Below, piece by piece: positions 20,861 to 30,951 of a stretch of 64,000 nucleotides of DNA. A model generated the notes under the pieces. It searched no databases. It was not told the origin of the DNA and saw only the letters and a program-made list of their open reading frames with translations. Both the position numbers and the translations under genes were made by a program. This DNA is from Dehalococcoidia bacterium (lineage in GTDB: Bacteria > Chloroflexota > Dehalococcoidia > Bin125). Numbering within the stretch: the stretch's first letter is position 1; each line of letters starts with the position of its first letter. The stretch lies in assembly GCA_963663895.2 (NCBI GenBank), contig CAXXRD010000001.1, positions 160,001 through 224,000 on the forward strand, in the 5' to 3' direction.

Positions 20861-21718
20861 ATGCCCCAGGTCACTGTGCGTGGAACGACGATCGAATACA
20901 GCGAAGCCGGCAAAGGATTCCCACTGCTCCTATGCCATGAGTTTGGGGGGAGCCGGGAAAGCTGGGACGCGCAAGTCCGCTTCTTCGCCAGACGCTATCG
21001 CGTCATCACGTATAACGCCCGTGGCTTTCCTCCCTCCGGCGTTCCCGAGGATCTCGCTGCCTACTCGCAGAACCAAGCCGTCGACGACGCCTACCAGCTG
21101 CTCCAACAGCTCGGCATCGAGCAAGCCTACGTGGGCGGGCTCTCAATGGGCGGCTCTACCGCGCTTCATTTCGCTTTGCAGCACCCACAGGTCGCGCGGG
21201 CCGTCATCGTGGGCGCGGCGGGCACCGGCAGCAACGATCCGGATGGATTCCGCCGTCAATGCCTCGAATTCGCCGATACGATCGAGCGCGAAGGCATGTC
21301 GGCCATGGAAGGCTACGCGACCGGCCCCACCCGCCTACAGCTGCGGCGCAAGGACCCCGTCGGATATGACGAGTTCTGCCGCCTGCTCGCACAGCACTCC
21401 CCGCTCGGCTCGGCACTGACGCTCCGTGGCGTGCAGGCGGGCCGGTCATCGATCTTCGACCTCGGCGACGAGCTGGCGAAGCTCGAAACCCCCGCCCTCA
21501 TCCTCGTTGGGGATGAAGACGATCCCAGCCTCGATCCTGCGCTCTTCATGAAGCGTCACATCAAGCGTGCGGGGCTCGTCGTCTTTCCCCAGGCCGGGCA
21601 CGCAATCAATCTCGAAGACCCTGCATTTTTCAACCGGACGGTTTTGGACTTCCTCACAGCAGTTGAGGCCGGCACGTGGGCAGCGCGCGAAGGGGGCAGC
21701 GGCGTGACGTTCCGCTGA
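20861..21718 (+). CDS. Alpha/beta fold hydrolase
   Basis: GLSMGG nucleophile elbow, GDED, AGHAINLE. Confidence 0.92.
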   Translation: MPQVTVRGTTIEYSEAGKGFPLLLCHEFGGSRESWDAQVRFFARRYRVITYNARGFPPSGVPEDLAAYSQNQAVDDAYQLLQQLGIEQAYVGGLSMGGSTALHFALQHPQVARAVIVGAAGTGSNDPDGFRRQCLEFADTIEREGMSAMEGYATGPTRLQLRRKDPVGYDEFCRLLAQHSPLGSALTLRGVQAGRSSIFDLGDELAKLETPALILVGDEDDPSLDPALFMKRHIKRAGLVVFPQAGHAINLEDPAFFNRTVLDFLTAVEAGTWAAREGGSGVTFR

Positions 21719-21746
21719 GAGACGAGAGCGGAGAGGAGAAGCGGCC

Positions 21747-22940
21747 TTAGCCGGCACACGCCTCGCGCAGAACTACCCGCTCGGCGTCGGTGTATCCCAA
21801 CTCCGCAAGGATCGCGTCCGTGTCCGCCCCCGGCTCCGGAGCCGCGGTCAGCACGACGCCCGGCGTCCGCGAGAGCGTCACGGGAATCCCCAGGATCTCG
21901 ATCGATCCCAGAACGGGATGCTCGACCGTCGCCACTGTGGGCAGACTCCGCACCTGCTCGTTCGCGAAGACCGCGTCGATCGGGAGGATCGGCCCGGCGG
22001 GAACACCCGCGGCGTTCAGGCGCTCGATCACCGAATCCGCTTCGACGGTCGCGAGACGCTCTTCCAACTCCACGGTGAGCTCGTCCCGGTTGCGCGAGCG
22101 GTCCTTCGGCCTCAAGAACCGTTCATCCTCGGTCAATTCGCGCGCGCCGATTACGGCGCAGAGCTTTTCCCACTGTGCCTGCGTCGTCGCTGCAATATTG
22201 ATCAGGCTGTCTTTCACCCGAAAGACGCCGGTCGGGAAGACCGTGGGGTGATTGTTCCCCGCCTGGGGTGGGACTTCGCCGTTCATCGTCCAGCGTGTCG
22301 CCTGAAAGTCCAGCATGTTGACCATCGCCTGAAGGAGAGACGTCCGCACCCACTGCCCTCGGCCGGAGCGCTCGCGCTCCAACAGCGCCACGAGAATGCC
22401 CTGGGCGAGGTAGAGCCCCGCCGTGAGGTCCGCCACGGGGATCCCCACCCGCATCGGCCCTTTCTCCGGCGCCCCCGTGATCGACATCAGTCCGCCCATG
22501 CCCTGAGCGATCTGATCGTAGCCGGGCCGGTCGCGATACGGCCCCTCTTCACCAAAGCCGGAGATGCTCGCGTACACCAGACCGGCATTCACCGCGCTCA
22601 ACGCTTCATAGTCGATCCCAAGCCGCCGCTTCACGTCCGGACGGAAATTCTCCACCAGCACATCCGCCCGCTCCACCAGCCGCTGCAGGATCTCAACGCC
22701 GCGCGGCTCCTTGAGATCCAGCGTGATCGATCGCTTGTTTCGATGCAGGTTCTGGTAGTCGCATCCATGCACGGGGATCGCTTGATCGACCGTCCGCGGT
22801 GCAACCTGGATCACCCGTGCGCCCATATCGGCAAGCTGGCGCACGCAGGTCGGGCCGGAGCGGAAGCGCGTCAGATCGATAACGGTGATGTGCGACAACG
22901 GCAGAGATCGACCATCCACCCGATCACTCGCACCTGGCAT
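21747..22940 (-). CDS. CaiB/BaiF family III CoA-transferase
   Basis: LADMGA, HRNKRSITLDLK, DVLVENFRP, ISGFG..GPY, GYD, ADLTAG. Confidence 0.94.
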   Translation of the reverse strand: MPGASDRVDGRSLPLSHITVIDLTRFRSGPTCVRQLADMGARVIQVAPRTVDQAIPVHGCDYQNLHRNKRSITLDLKEPRGVEILQRLVERADVLVENFRPDVKRRLGIDYEALSAVNAGLVYASISGFGEEGPYRDRPGYDQIAQGMGGLMSITGAPEKGPMRVGIPVADLTAGLYLAQGILVALLERERSGRGQWVRTSLLQAMVNMLDFQATRWTMNGEVPPQAGNNHPTVFPTGVFRVKDSLINIAATTQAQWEKLCAVIGARELTEDERFLRPKDRSRNRDELTVELEERLATVEADSVIERLNAAGVPAGPILPIDAVFANEQVRSLPTVATVEHPVLGSIEILGIPVTLSRTPGVVLTAAPEPGADTDAILAELGYTDAERVVLREACAG

Positions 22941-23018
22941 TGGACTTCTCCCGAAGCTTTGCACGACGGCAGCTCCGCATGCCGCGATCGTAGCGCAGGG
23001 GGACGAAAATTCGCTCTG

Positions 23019-24107
23019 CTAGAGCCCTGTCCACCATTCGCCAGCGGGCTTGATCTCTTTGGCCGCTGGGATCACGTCGTTGCCCAACCGCTCCAACTGC
23101 TCCCGATACTCCTCGAACGTCCGCGACGGACAGACCGGCGCGATCACGACCAGGGAGTAGCCGGCATCGGCGAACCGCCCGAGATCCGCGATCACTTGCT
23201 CCGCCGTCCCACCAAGGATCGGCCGTGGATCCTGCTGCGTGATCGGGTGCCCGGCATCCGTCACCAGCGCCGACACGTGACAGATCATCGCGAAATCGGA
23301 CAGGTCTCGATCGACCCGCTCCGCCTCCCGACGGATCTCGTCCTGCAGGTTGTCGAATCCGTGCGGATCGTCATGCGGGCGCATCAGGATCGGGTCAATG
23401 CCGTTGGCCTGCCGCGCTGCGAGGCGCACCCCGGCCTTCGTCACCGCTCCCACGATAATGGGGGGATGCGGCTTCCGCACCGGCTTCGGGTCCATCGCGA
23501 TCCGGTCGAAATTGTAAAACTGGCCGTGAAACATCGCCAGGTCATCCGTCCAAGCGCTCTTGTAGACCTGAATCGCCTCCTCAAGCTGGGCCAGCCTGGA
23601 GTCGAAGGGCCGGTCCAGCGCGTCGAACTCTTCCTTCATCCAGCCGGCACCCACGCCCATGATCAGCCGGCCCTGGGAGAGCGTATCGATCGTCGCAAAC
23701 TGCCGTGCGTCGCTCAGCGGATGCCGGTAGGGCGCGATCAGCACGCTCGGGCCCATCTTGAGCGTCGTCGTATGGGTAGCCACGGCGCCCATCACGACGG
23801 CGCCGTCCAGAATGTTCGGGCGGGCGGGGTAATGCCGTTTGCTGCCGCCTACATCCGCGTCGGATGTGCCGCGCTGCCGGACCTCGGGATTGGTCTGCCC
23901 CTCGACGTGCAGCGGCGAGACCGAATCCGGAGACTGTTCGGGCAGACCCACGTGATCGCCCATAAAGACCGAGTGGAATCCCAACCGTTCCGCCAGTTGC
24001 GCCGACTGGATGGGCACCATCTCTTCGATCGCCATCGGCTGGTGCCACCAATCGCTGTCGTCACGGGTACCGACTCCATGCGTATTCAGCGTGACCGCGA
24101 GCTCCAT
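23019..24107 (-). CDS. LLM-class flavin (possibly F420)-dependent oxidoreductase, paralog A
   Basis: AERLGF..GDH, PYRHP, LSQGRLIMGVGAGW, PKPVRKPHPPI. Confidence 0.9.
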   Translation of the reverse strand: MELAVTLNTHGVGTRDDSDWWHQPMAIEEMVPIQSAQLAERLGFHSVFMGDHVGLPEQSPDSVSPLHVEGQTNPEVRQRGTSDADVGGSKRHYPARPNILDGAVVMGAVATHTTTLKMGPSVLIAPYRHPLSDARQFATIDTLSQGRLIMGVGAGWMKEEFDALDRPFDSRLAQLEEAIQVYKSAWTDDLAMFHGQFYNFDRIAMDPKPVRKPHPPIIVGAVTKAGVRLAARQANGIDPILMRPHDDPHGFDNLQDEIRREAERVDRDLSDFAMICHVSALVTDAGHPITQQDPRPILGGTAEQVIADLGRFADAGYSLVVIAPVCPSRTFEEYREQLERLGNDVIPAAKEIKPAGEWWTGL

Positions 24108-24139
24108 AGGACATCCCTCATGCCGCCGGGTGAGAAGCG

Positions 24140-25228
24140 CTAGAAGTCCGTGCGCCATTCCCCAGCGGGCTTGATCGTGCTCGCCTCGGGCAGTACCTCC
24201 GCACCGAAGCGTTCCATCTGCTCCTTCCACTCCCCGAACGTACGGGAGGGACAGTCCGGGCAGAGGATCAGCATCGAGTAGCCGGCGTCGGCGAAACGCT
24301 GCACGTCGCCGAGAATCTGTTCCGCGGTCCCGCCGAAATTACGACGGGGTGACCGCCGCGCCTCTTCGTCATCCGCGCTGGAGATCCGTTCGGACACGAT
24401 CCCCATCATGATCAACTCGGAGGGATCGCGCCCGATCTTCTCGCACTCACGCCGCATCTCGTCCTGCTGACGATCATAGTGATGCGGGTCGATCAGAGGC
24501 TGATTGAGGATGGGGTAGAGCCCGTCCGCGTAGCGCACCGCCAGCCGCGCGCCCGCGTTTGTCGTGGCGCCGATCACAATGGGCGGATGGGGCTTCTGCA
24601 CCGGCTTGGGATCGATCGCGACGTTCTCAAAGTCGTAAAACCGGCCGTGGAACGTCACGAGGGGATCCTCCCACGAGCGCGTGTAGATCTGCACGCACTC
24701 TTCGAGCATCGCCAGCCGCTCGTCGGGATCGTGCCCCAGCACTTCGAATTCCTCGCGCATCCAGCCCGCCCCGGCTCCCATGAGCAGCCGGCCATTGGAG
24801 AGAAAGTCAATCGTCGCGAACTGGCGTGCGTCGCTGAGCGGATGCCGGTAGGGAGAGATCAAGACGCCGGGCCCCATCTTGATCCGCGAGGTGTTCGCCG
24901 CGATCGCCCCCATCACCACCGCACCGTCCAAGAGGTTCGGCCTGGGGGGGTAGTGGCGCTTGCTTCCTCCCACATCGCCCGCGCCCTCACCGCGGTGCCG
25001 CACCGTCGGATCGGACAGCCCCTCGACGTGCACCGGCGAGGTCGAGGTCGGCGACGTCTCCGGAAAGCCCACATGATCGCCGAACATCAGCGCGTCAAAG
25101 CCGAGCCGCTCCGCGATCTGCGCGCACTCCACCGGCCGCATCTCCTCGGCCGGCATGGGCTGGTGCCACCAATCGTGGTCGTCTCGCGCGCCGACCCCAT
25201 GCGTATTCATCAGCACACCAAAGCGCAT
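24140..25228 (-). CDS. LLM-class flavin (possibly F420)-dependent oxidoreductase, paralog B
   Basis: Same motifs as adjacent paralog; long near-identical stretches. Confidence 0.9.
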   Translation of the reverse strand: MRFGVLMNTHGVGARDDHDWWHQPMPAEEMRPVECAQIAERLGFDALMFGDHVGFPETSPTSTSPVHVEGLSDPTVRHRGEGAGDVGGSKRHYPPRPNLLDGAVVMGAIAANTSRIKMGPGVLISPYRHPLSDARQFATIDFLSNGRLLMGAGAGWMREEFEVLGHDPDERLAMLEECVQIYTRSWEDPLVTFHGRFYDFENVAIDPKPVQKPHPPIVIGATTNAGARLAVRYADGLYPILNQPLIDPHHYDRQQDEMRRECEKIGRDPSELIMMGIVSERISSADDEEARRSPRRNFGGTAEQILGDVQRFADAGYSMLILCPDCPSRTFGEWKEQMERFGAEVLPEASTIKPAGEWRTDF

Positions 25229-25287
25229 TGATGCCTCCCTCAGTCAGGTGCGCCGCAGGGCGTCAAGGCCTGAGCGACGATGTCTGC

Positions 25288-25758
25288 TTACATCTCCATA
25301 TCGACGAATTGCTGCTTCACCCAACCTTTGTCGATCGGCGTGACGAAGTGGTTGTGGAACGTCTGGCGCCGGATCATCCATTTCCCGTTCTCTTTGCGGT
25401 ACTCGTCGTCATAGGTGATCGCGATCCAAACGGCCTCGTTGTTGATCGTCGCAGGCTCCCACAGGTACCAGTGAGCCTTCGCCTCCACGCCGTTGGGGGC
25501 AATGTCGATCGTCTCTCCACACATATAGTGCAGGAAGAAGCTGATACCGGTGTCCTGCACGCCGCCAAAGAACTCCGCGATAGCAGCCCGGCCCTCAAAG
25601 GGGCCAAAGTCCCCGTCGATAATTCCATCCTCTGTGAATTGCGCAGCGTACTCTTCGCCGCTGGCGAACCGATCGACGAGCCGCGAGTAGCCATGCTTAA
25701 GCCGCCGGATCTCCTCGAGATCCTCCAGGCGCTGCAGACGTTCTTCCACCGAAGCCAT
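25288..25758 (-). CDS. SnoaL-like/NTF2 family protein (LinA/BaiE-like fold)
   Basis: EERLQRLEDLEEIRRLKHGYSRLVD, FTEDG, YDDEYRKENGKWMI. Confidence 0.88.
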   Translation of the reverse strand: MASVEERLQRLEDLEEIRRLKHGYSRLVDRFASGEEYAAQFTEDGIIDGDFGPFEGRAAIAEFFGGVQDTGISFFLHYMCGETIDIAPNGVEAKAHWYLWEPATINNEAVWIAITYDDEYRKENGKWMIRRQTFHNHFVTPIDKGWVKQQFVDMEM

Positions 25759-25953
25759 GAGCGTATCCTTTCGTCCTCCATGCCACACCCGAGTATCGGG
25801 CAGGGAGGCTACCAGCGGTTTCCCCACCCCACAAGACGAGCAACCGTGAACGCCCCGCATCGCCGCGACACGCGGCCCTGCGACGAAACGTTGGCGGGTA
25901 ACCACGGGTCGGCTAGCCTCGGGCCCGGTCCGACGGGAAAGGAGACGGCAGCA

Positions 25954-26373
25954 ATGGCGATCAAAAAAGCCTGGAGCCTCGTGGACGAGGCGAAAGAGCG
26001 GACTGAGAATCTGACCATTGAGCAGTTGAAGGCCGAGGTCGCCAGCGCCGCCGACGTGCTGCTGGTCGACATCCGTGAGATTCAAGAGCGCGTGGATCTG
26101 GGCACCATCTCCGAATCCAAACACGTGCCGCGCGGGATGCTGGAATTCTGGGCCGACCCCCAGAGCCAGTACTATCGCCAGTACTTCCAGCCGGACCGCC
26201 GCACCGTACTCTTCTGCGCGCAGGGCGGTCGCTCCGCGCTGGCAGCGGATACGTTGACGAAGATGGGTTTCAGCAACGTCGCTCACTTGGAGCCGGGCTT
26301 CAACGGATGGAAGGAAGCAGGTGAAGCGATCGAGGATGTCGCCGCAACCAGCCGGTGGGTGCGGCGCAAGTAA
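25954..26373 (+). CDS. Single-domain rhodanese
   Basis: LVDIRE, HVPRGMLEF, FCAQGGRSALAA, GFNGW. Confidence 0.9.
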   Translation: MAIKKAWSLVDEAKERTENLTIEQLKAEVASAADVLLVDIREIQERVDLGTISESKHVPRGMLEFWADPQSQYYRQYFQPDRRTVLFCAQGGRSALAADTLTKMGFSNVAHLEPGFNGWKEAGEAIEDVAATSRWVRRK

Positions 26374-26406
26374 CACCCCCTCCCCAGAGTCCGACCGGAG
26401 GACGCG

Positions 26407-27372
26407 ATGACGGCCACCACCGATCCCGACCTGCAGCGACGCCTGTACCGCTCGATGCGCTCCATCCGCAGCTTTGAGGAGAAGGTCGCCGAGCTGTTCT
26501 ATGCCGGCCGCTTGCCCGGCTTCGTCCATCTCTACGTCGGGCAGGAGGCCGTCGCCACCGGCGTCTGCGCCAACCTCCGCGATGACGACGTGATCACCAG
26601 CACGCACCGCGGCCACGGTCACCTGATCGCAAAAGGCGCGCGCCTCGACCGCATGATGGCCGAGCTGTACGGCGGCATCGACGGCTACTGCCACGGCAAG
26701 GGCGGCTCGATGCACATCGCCGACTTCTCCGTCGGGATCTACGGCGCCAACGGCATCGTCGGTGGGAGCTTGCCCATCGCCGTCGGCGCCGGATTGGCAG
26801 CGCGCGTTCAGAGAAGCGACCGCGTCGCCGTCGCCTTCTTCGGCGATGGCGCCAGCAACGAGGGGACGTTCGGGGAAAGCCTCAACCTCGCCTCCATCTG
26901 GAAGCTCCCCGTGATCTTTGTCTGCGAAAACAACGGCTTCACGCAGTTCACTCCCACCGAGCAGCTTACCGCCGGCATCATCGCCGAGCGCGCCAAGGGG
27001 TACGACATCCCCGGGGTCGTCGTCGAGGCGGACGACGTCGTCACCGTCCACGAGGCAGCGCGTGAGGCCGTGGCGCGTGCCCGCTCCGGCGCCGGCCCCA
27101 CGCTCATTGAGGCGCGTCAATGGCGCTTCCGCGCCCACAACGAGGGAGAAGAGGCCTTCATTGGCGGCGAGTGGAAGTATCGCACCAAGGAAGCCCTTGA
27201 AGCCGCGATGCAGCGCGATCCCATCGAGAAACTCCGCCTCCAGATCGACGACCCGGATGGCGTGGCTCGGATCGACCGCGCCGTCGCCGAGGCGATCGAG
27301 GCCGCGGTCGCCTTCGGCGAGAAGAGCCCGTTGCCGCCCCCAGAGGCGGCGCTCGACGATCTGTACGCCTAG
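26407..27372 (+). CDS. TPP-dependent dehydrogenase E1 alpha (acetoin/pyruvate dehydrogenase type)
   Basis: GFVHLYVGQEA, HRGHGH, GKGGSMH, GDGA...ENN. Confidence 0.93.
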   Translation: MTATTDPDLQRRLYRSMRSIRSFEEKVAELFYAGRLPGFVHLYVGQEAVATGVCANLRDDDVITSTHRGHGHLIAKGARLDRMMAELYGGIDGYCHGKGGSMHIADFSVGIYGANGIVGGSLPIAVGAGLAARVQRSDRVAVAFFGDGASNEGTFGESLNLASIWKLPVIFVCENNGFTQFTPTEQLTAGIIAERAKGYDIPGVVVEADDVVTVHEAAREAVARARSGAGPTLIEARQWRFRAHNEGEEAFIGGEWKYRTKEALEAAMQRDPIEKLRLQIDDPDGVARIDRAVAEAIEAAVAFGEKSPLPPPEAALDDLYA

Positions 27373-27413
27373 AGCCCGGATCCGAACGGCACACGCCGGC
27401 CGAGGAGCGAACC

Positions 27414-28388
27414 ATGGCTGTCATCACGATCACCGAGGCGATGCGAGACGCGATCGGCGAGGAACTCGAGCGGGACCCCAACGTCATCGTCTACGGCGAA
27501 GACGTGGAACTCAGCGTCTACGGCGCCCAGAACGGCCTCGTGGAGCGCTTCGGACGCGAGCGCATCTGGAACGCCCCCCTCTCCGAGGCCACGTTCGTAG
27601 GCGCGGGGCTCGGCGCAGCGATGTCCGGCGTACGTCCGGTCATCGACCTCATGATCGGCACGTTTACCTACGTCGCAATGGACCAGCTCTACAACCAAGC
27701 CGCCAAGCTGCGCTACATGTCCGGCGGACAGGCCAAAATGCCCGTCGTCGTCATGTGCGTCTGCGGCGCCCGCGGCTCCGCAGCGGCACAGCACTCCGAC
27801 AGCCCGTATCCGCTGTTCATGAGCGCCTCCGGCATCAAGGTCGTCCTGCCATCGACCCCTGCCGACGCCAAAGGCTTGCTCAAGGCGTCCATCCGCGACG
27901 ACAATCCCGTGCTCTTCTTCGAGCCCCTCTCGCTCCTTGGCGAGAAGGGCGAGGTGCCCGATGAGGAGTTCATCGTGCCCCTCGGCCGGGCCGACATCAA
28001 ACGTCACGGCGACACGGTCACGATCGTCGGCGTTGGCGCGACCGTGAAGATGGCGCTGGAGGCCGCCACCACGCTCGCCGCCGAGGGAATCGAGGCAGAA
28101 GTCGTCGACGTACGGACCCTCCGCCCCCTCGACGAGAACGCGATCCTTGAATCCGTGCGTAAGACGGGCCGTCTCGTGATTGCCGACGAGGCTCGCCAGC
28201 CCGGCCTCGCCGCCGAGGTCTCGGCGATCGCCGCCGAGCGTGCCTTCGACACGCTCAGGGCACCCATCGCCCGCGTCTTTACGCCCAACGTCCCCGTACC
28301 GTTCAGCCCGCCGCTTGAGGGCGCGGTGCTGCCGAGTGCGGAGAAGGTCGCCGCCGCCGCGCGGCGTGTGGTGAACGGTGCCGCCTGA
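27414..28388 (+). CDS. Dehydrogenase E1 beta subunit
   Basis: GEDV, PLSE, DQLYNQAAK, AQHS, SVRKTGRLV. Confidence 0.93.
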   Translation: MAVITITEAMRDAIGEELERDPNVIVYGEDVELSVYGAQNGLVERFGRERIWNAPLSEATFVGAGLGAAMSGVRPVIDLMIGTFTYVAMDQLYNQAAKLRYMSGGQAKMPVVVMCVCGARGSAAAQHSDSPYPLFMSASGIKVVLPSTPADAKGLLKASIRDDNPVLFFEPLSLLGEKGEVPDEEFIVPLGRADIKRHGDTVTIVGVGATVKMALEAATTLAAEGIEAEVVDVRTLRPLDENAILESVRKTGRLVIADEARQPGLAAEVSAIAAERAFDTLRAPIARVFTPNVPVPFSPPLEGAVLPSAEKVAAAARRVVNGAA

Positions 28389-28465
28389 TCCCGTGATCCA
28401 CCGTCAGCGACCACACAATCCGATGAACCGCCCAGCGCCGATCCATTCTCAGTGACCGCCCTCCG

Positions 28466-29455
28466 ATGACCGACATCGTGATGCCCAAGTTCGGCTGGAC
28501 GATGGAAGAGGGCACCATCACGCAGTGGTACGCCAGCCAAGGCGACTACGTCACCGAAGGCCAGCCGCTCTTCGTCGTCGAGACCGAGAAGGTCAACACC
28601 GACGTGGAGGCGCCCGCCAGCGGCGTTATCGCGGCCATCGTCGCGCCGGTGGGCAGCCTCGTGCCAGTCGGCGGGCTCGTCGCCCGCCTCGACGCCACGG
28701 CCGGCAGCTCGCCGCCACCCCCTTCAGCGGCCCCCACCACGACCGGGGGACGGGTGGGCGCCGTCACACAGCTCACCCCTGCGAAAAGCTCTGGCCAGCC
28801 CATGGACAGCAGCGAGATCGCGCTCAGCTCGGTCGAGAAGCGCACCGGTGAGCGGATGCTCGCGAGCTGGCGCGATACGCCGATGGTCACCCTCACGACA
28901 GACGCCGATGCCGATGCCGTCGCCGTCCTGCGCGAGTCCACATCCGGCGCGCCGTCACCGACGATCGTGGTCGCCCATCTCGCGGTCGGCCTGGTCACGC
29001 GCCACCCACGACTCAACGCCCGCCTGAGCGATGCGCAGCTCCACCTCTCCGAGAGCGTCAACCTTGGCTTCGCCGTCGAGACGGAGCGCGGCCTGGTCGT
29101 CCCAGTCGTGCCCGACGCAGCCAGCCTCGCACTCGAGCAACTGGCGGCGCGCCTCGCGGAGCTCGCTGCCAAGGCGCGCGACGGCGCCTTGGAACTGAAC
29201 GATGTCTCCAACGGGACTTTCACCGTGTCCGGATTGGGCCACGTCGGCGTGGACAGCTTCACCCCCATTATCAACCCACCGCAGACCGCCATCCTCGGCA
29301 TCGGCCGCCTGCGACGCGAGCCGACCGTGCGTGAGGGCGCCATCGTCCCAGGCTGGCGGATCTGGCTCTCGCTGACTTTCGACCACCGAGCCATGGATGG
29401 CGCCCCGGCCGGGCGCTTCCTCCAAGCGCTCGCCCGCGCCTGTGCCGGCAACTGA
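28466..29455 (+). CDS. Dihydrolipoamide acyltransferase E2 (lipoyl plus catalytic domain)
   Basis: ETEKV lipoyl site; PIINPPQTAILG; FDHRAMDG. Confidence 0.92.
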   Translation: MTDIVMPKFGWTMEEGTITQWYASQGDYVTEGQPLFVVETEKVNTDVEAPASGVIAAIVAPVGSLVPVGGLVARLDATAGSSPPPPSAAPTTTGGRVGAVTQLTPAKSSGQPMDSSEIALSSVEKRTGERMLASWRDTPMVTLTTDADADAVAVLRESTSGAPSPTIVVAHLAVGLVTRHPRLNARLSDAQLHLSESVNLGFAVETERGLVVPVVPDAASLALEQLAARLAELAAKARDGALELNDVSNGTFTVSGLGHVGVDSFTPIINPPQTAILGIGRLRREPTVREGAIVPGWRIWLSLTFDHRAMDGAPAGRFLQALARACAGN

Positions 29456-29593
29456 GGCTCCGCACGCGAAGGAAGATCTCCGCTGTGGAGCAGCCTAGGC
29501 AAGTCACGAAGTCCGCGATCTCGACGAGCCGCTAGGCTGTGTCGTCCCGACCCTCGGGAAGCTGCCTGCGGTACTGAGAGAGAGGAATGTGCG

Positions 29594-30823
29594 ATGCCAG
29601 AAGGACCACTCAGTGGGATCACGGTGGTGGAGTGCAGCATCTGGATGCTGGGGCCCCTCGCCGGCGTCATGCTCGGCGACCTCGGCGCCGACGTCATCAA
29701 AATCGAGAATCCCCACAGCCCCGACGGCTCGCGCAACCTGGTCTCGGTCGCCGCCTGGGACCTCGAACTCCCCGGCGGCAAGAGCTCCATGTTCGAGGCG
29801 GCCAACCGCAACAAGCGCGGTGTCGGCATTGATCTCAAGGCAGACGGTGGCCCCGAACTCGTCAAGGAACTCGTCCGCGACGCCGACGTCTTCCTCGAGA
29901 ATTTCCGGCCGGGCGCCCTGGCGCGACTGGGCCTCGGCTACGAGGAGCTGAAACAGATCAACCCGCGGCTCATTTATGGACGCGCCTCCGGACACGGTTT
30001 CAAGGGTCCGGAATTCGGGCGGCCCGCCATCGACGGGCTCGGCCAATCACGCTCCGGCCTCATGTGGCAAAACGGGCGCGCCGGCGACCCGCCAAACTGG
30101 AACACGATCGCGATGGCGGACGTGATGGGCGCCAACATGCTGGCCTACGGTGTCGTCACCGCGCTCGCCGCGCGCGAGCGGAGTGGCGTTGGCCAGCAGG
30201 TCGAAATCTCCCACATCATGGCCTCAATCTGGCTGCAGTACTGGGCCGTCTCCGCCTGCATGCTACGCGACCTACCCGAGTGGGCGCGCTTCGACCGCGA
30301 CAATGCCGCCAACCCCCTCTACAACCTCTACCGCTGTGCCGACAGCGAATGGATCTTCATCGGCTGCGTCAACGCGGAACGCGATTGGCTCCCCCTCTGT
30401 CGCGCGCTGGATATGGATCCCGCCGTGCGCGACGATCCTCGTTTCCAGACCTTTGAGGGCATCCGCACACATAACACGGAACTCATCCGGATCCTTGAGC
30501 GCCAGTTCGCCACGCGCCCCCGCGCCGGCTGGGAGAACCGCCTCAGAGAGGAGCCCGATCTCGTCTTCGACCGCGTCCAACGCATCCGCGACCTCCCCAA
30601 CGACCCTGCCGTCCAAGCAAACGACTACCTGATCGAGATCGATAATCCCGCCTACGGAAAGCGCCTCCTTCCCAATCACCCCGTCGTATTCAGCGAAACT
30701 CCCGCCTCCATCCGCCGACCCCCACCGGGCGTCGGCGAGCATACGGCCGAAGTGCTCCAAGAGCGGCTCGGATTGGACGATGAGCGCATCGCCGAACTCG
30801 TCATCAAAGGTGTCATCGGCTAG
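29594..30823 (+). CDS. CaiB/BaiF family III CoA-transferase
   Basis: LGDLGADVIKIE, NRNKRG..IDLK, ENFRPG. Confidence 0.93.
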   Translation: MPEGPLSGITVVECSIWMLGPLAGVMLGDLGADVIKIENPHSPDGSRNLVSVAAWDLELPGGKSSMFEAANRNKRGVGIDLKADGGPELVKELVRDADVFLENFRPGALARLGLGYEELKQINPRLIYGRASGHGFKGPEFGRPAIDGLGQSRSGLMWQNGRAGDPPNWNTIAMADVMGANMLAYGVVTALAARERSGVGQQVEISHIMASIWLQYWAVSACMLRDLPEWARFDRDNAANPLYNLYRCADSEWIFIGCVNAERDWLPLCRALDMDPAVRDDPRFQTFEGIRTHNTELIRILERQFATRPRAGWENRLREEPDLVFDRVQRIRDLPNDPAVQANDYLIEIDNPAYGKRLLPNHPVVFSETPASIRRPPPGVGEHTAEVLQERLGLDDERIAELVIKGVIG

Positions 30824-30951
30824 GGCGTCCCATGCCCGCTGGTCCGAGACGGCAGCCGTCCGCTAGTCTCTCGCGGCTTAGGCGGCGCCTATGCATCCGG
30901 GCCGACTGAATCGCTCGGCTTCGCAGAGCCACCGTAGGAACGAGGACTTTC

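Noticed and set aside
21918-24143. 741-aa + strand ORF, and similar long ORFs such as 59868..61988, 19001..20401 and 28546..29865
   Set aside because: Antisense shadows of well-supported genes in high-GC DNA; no motifs.
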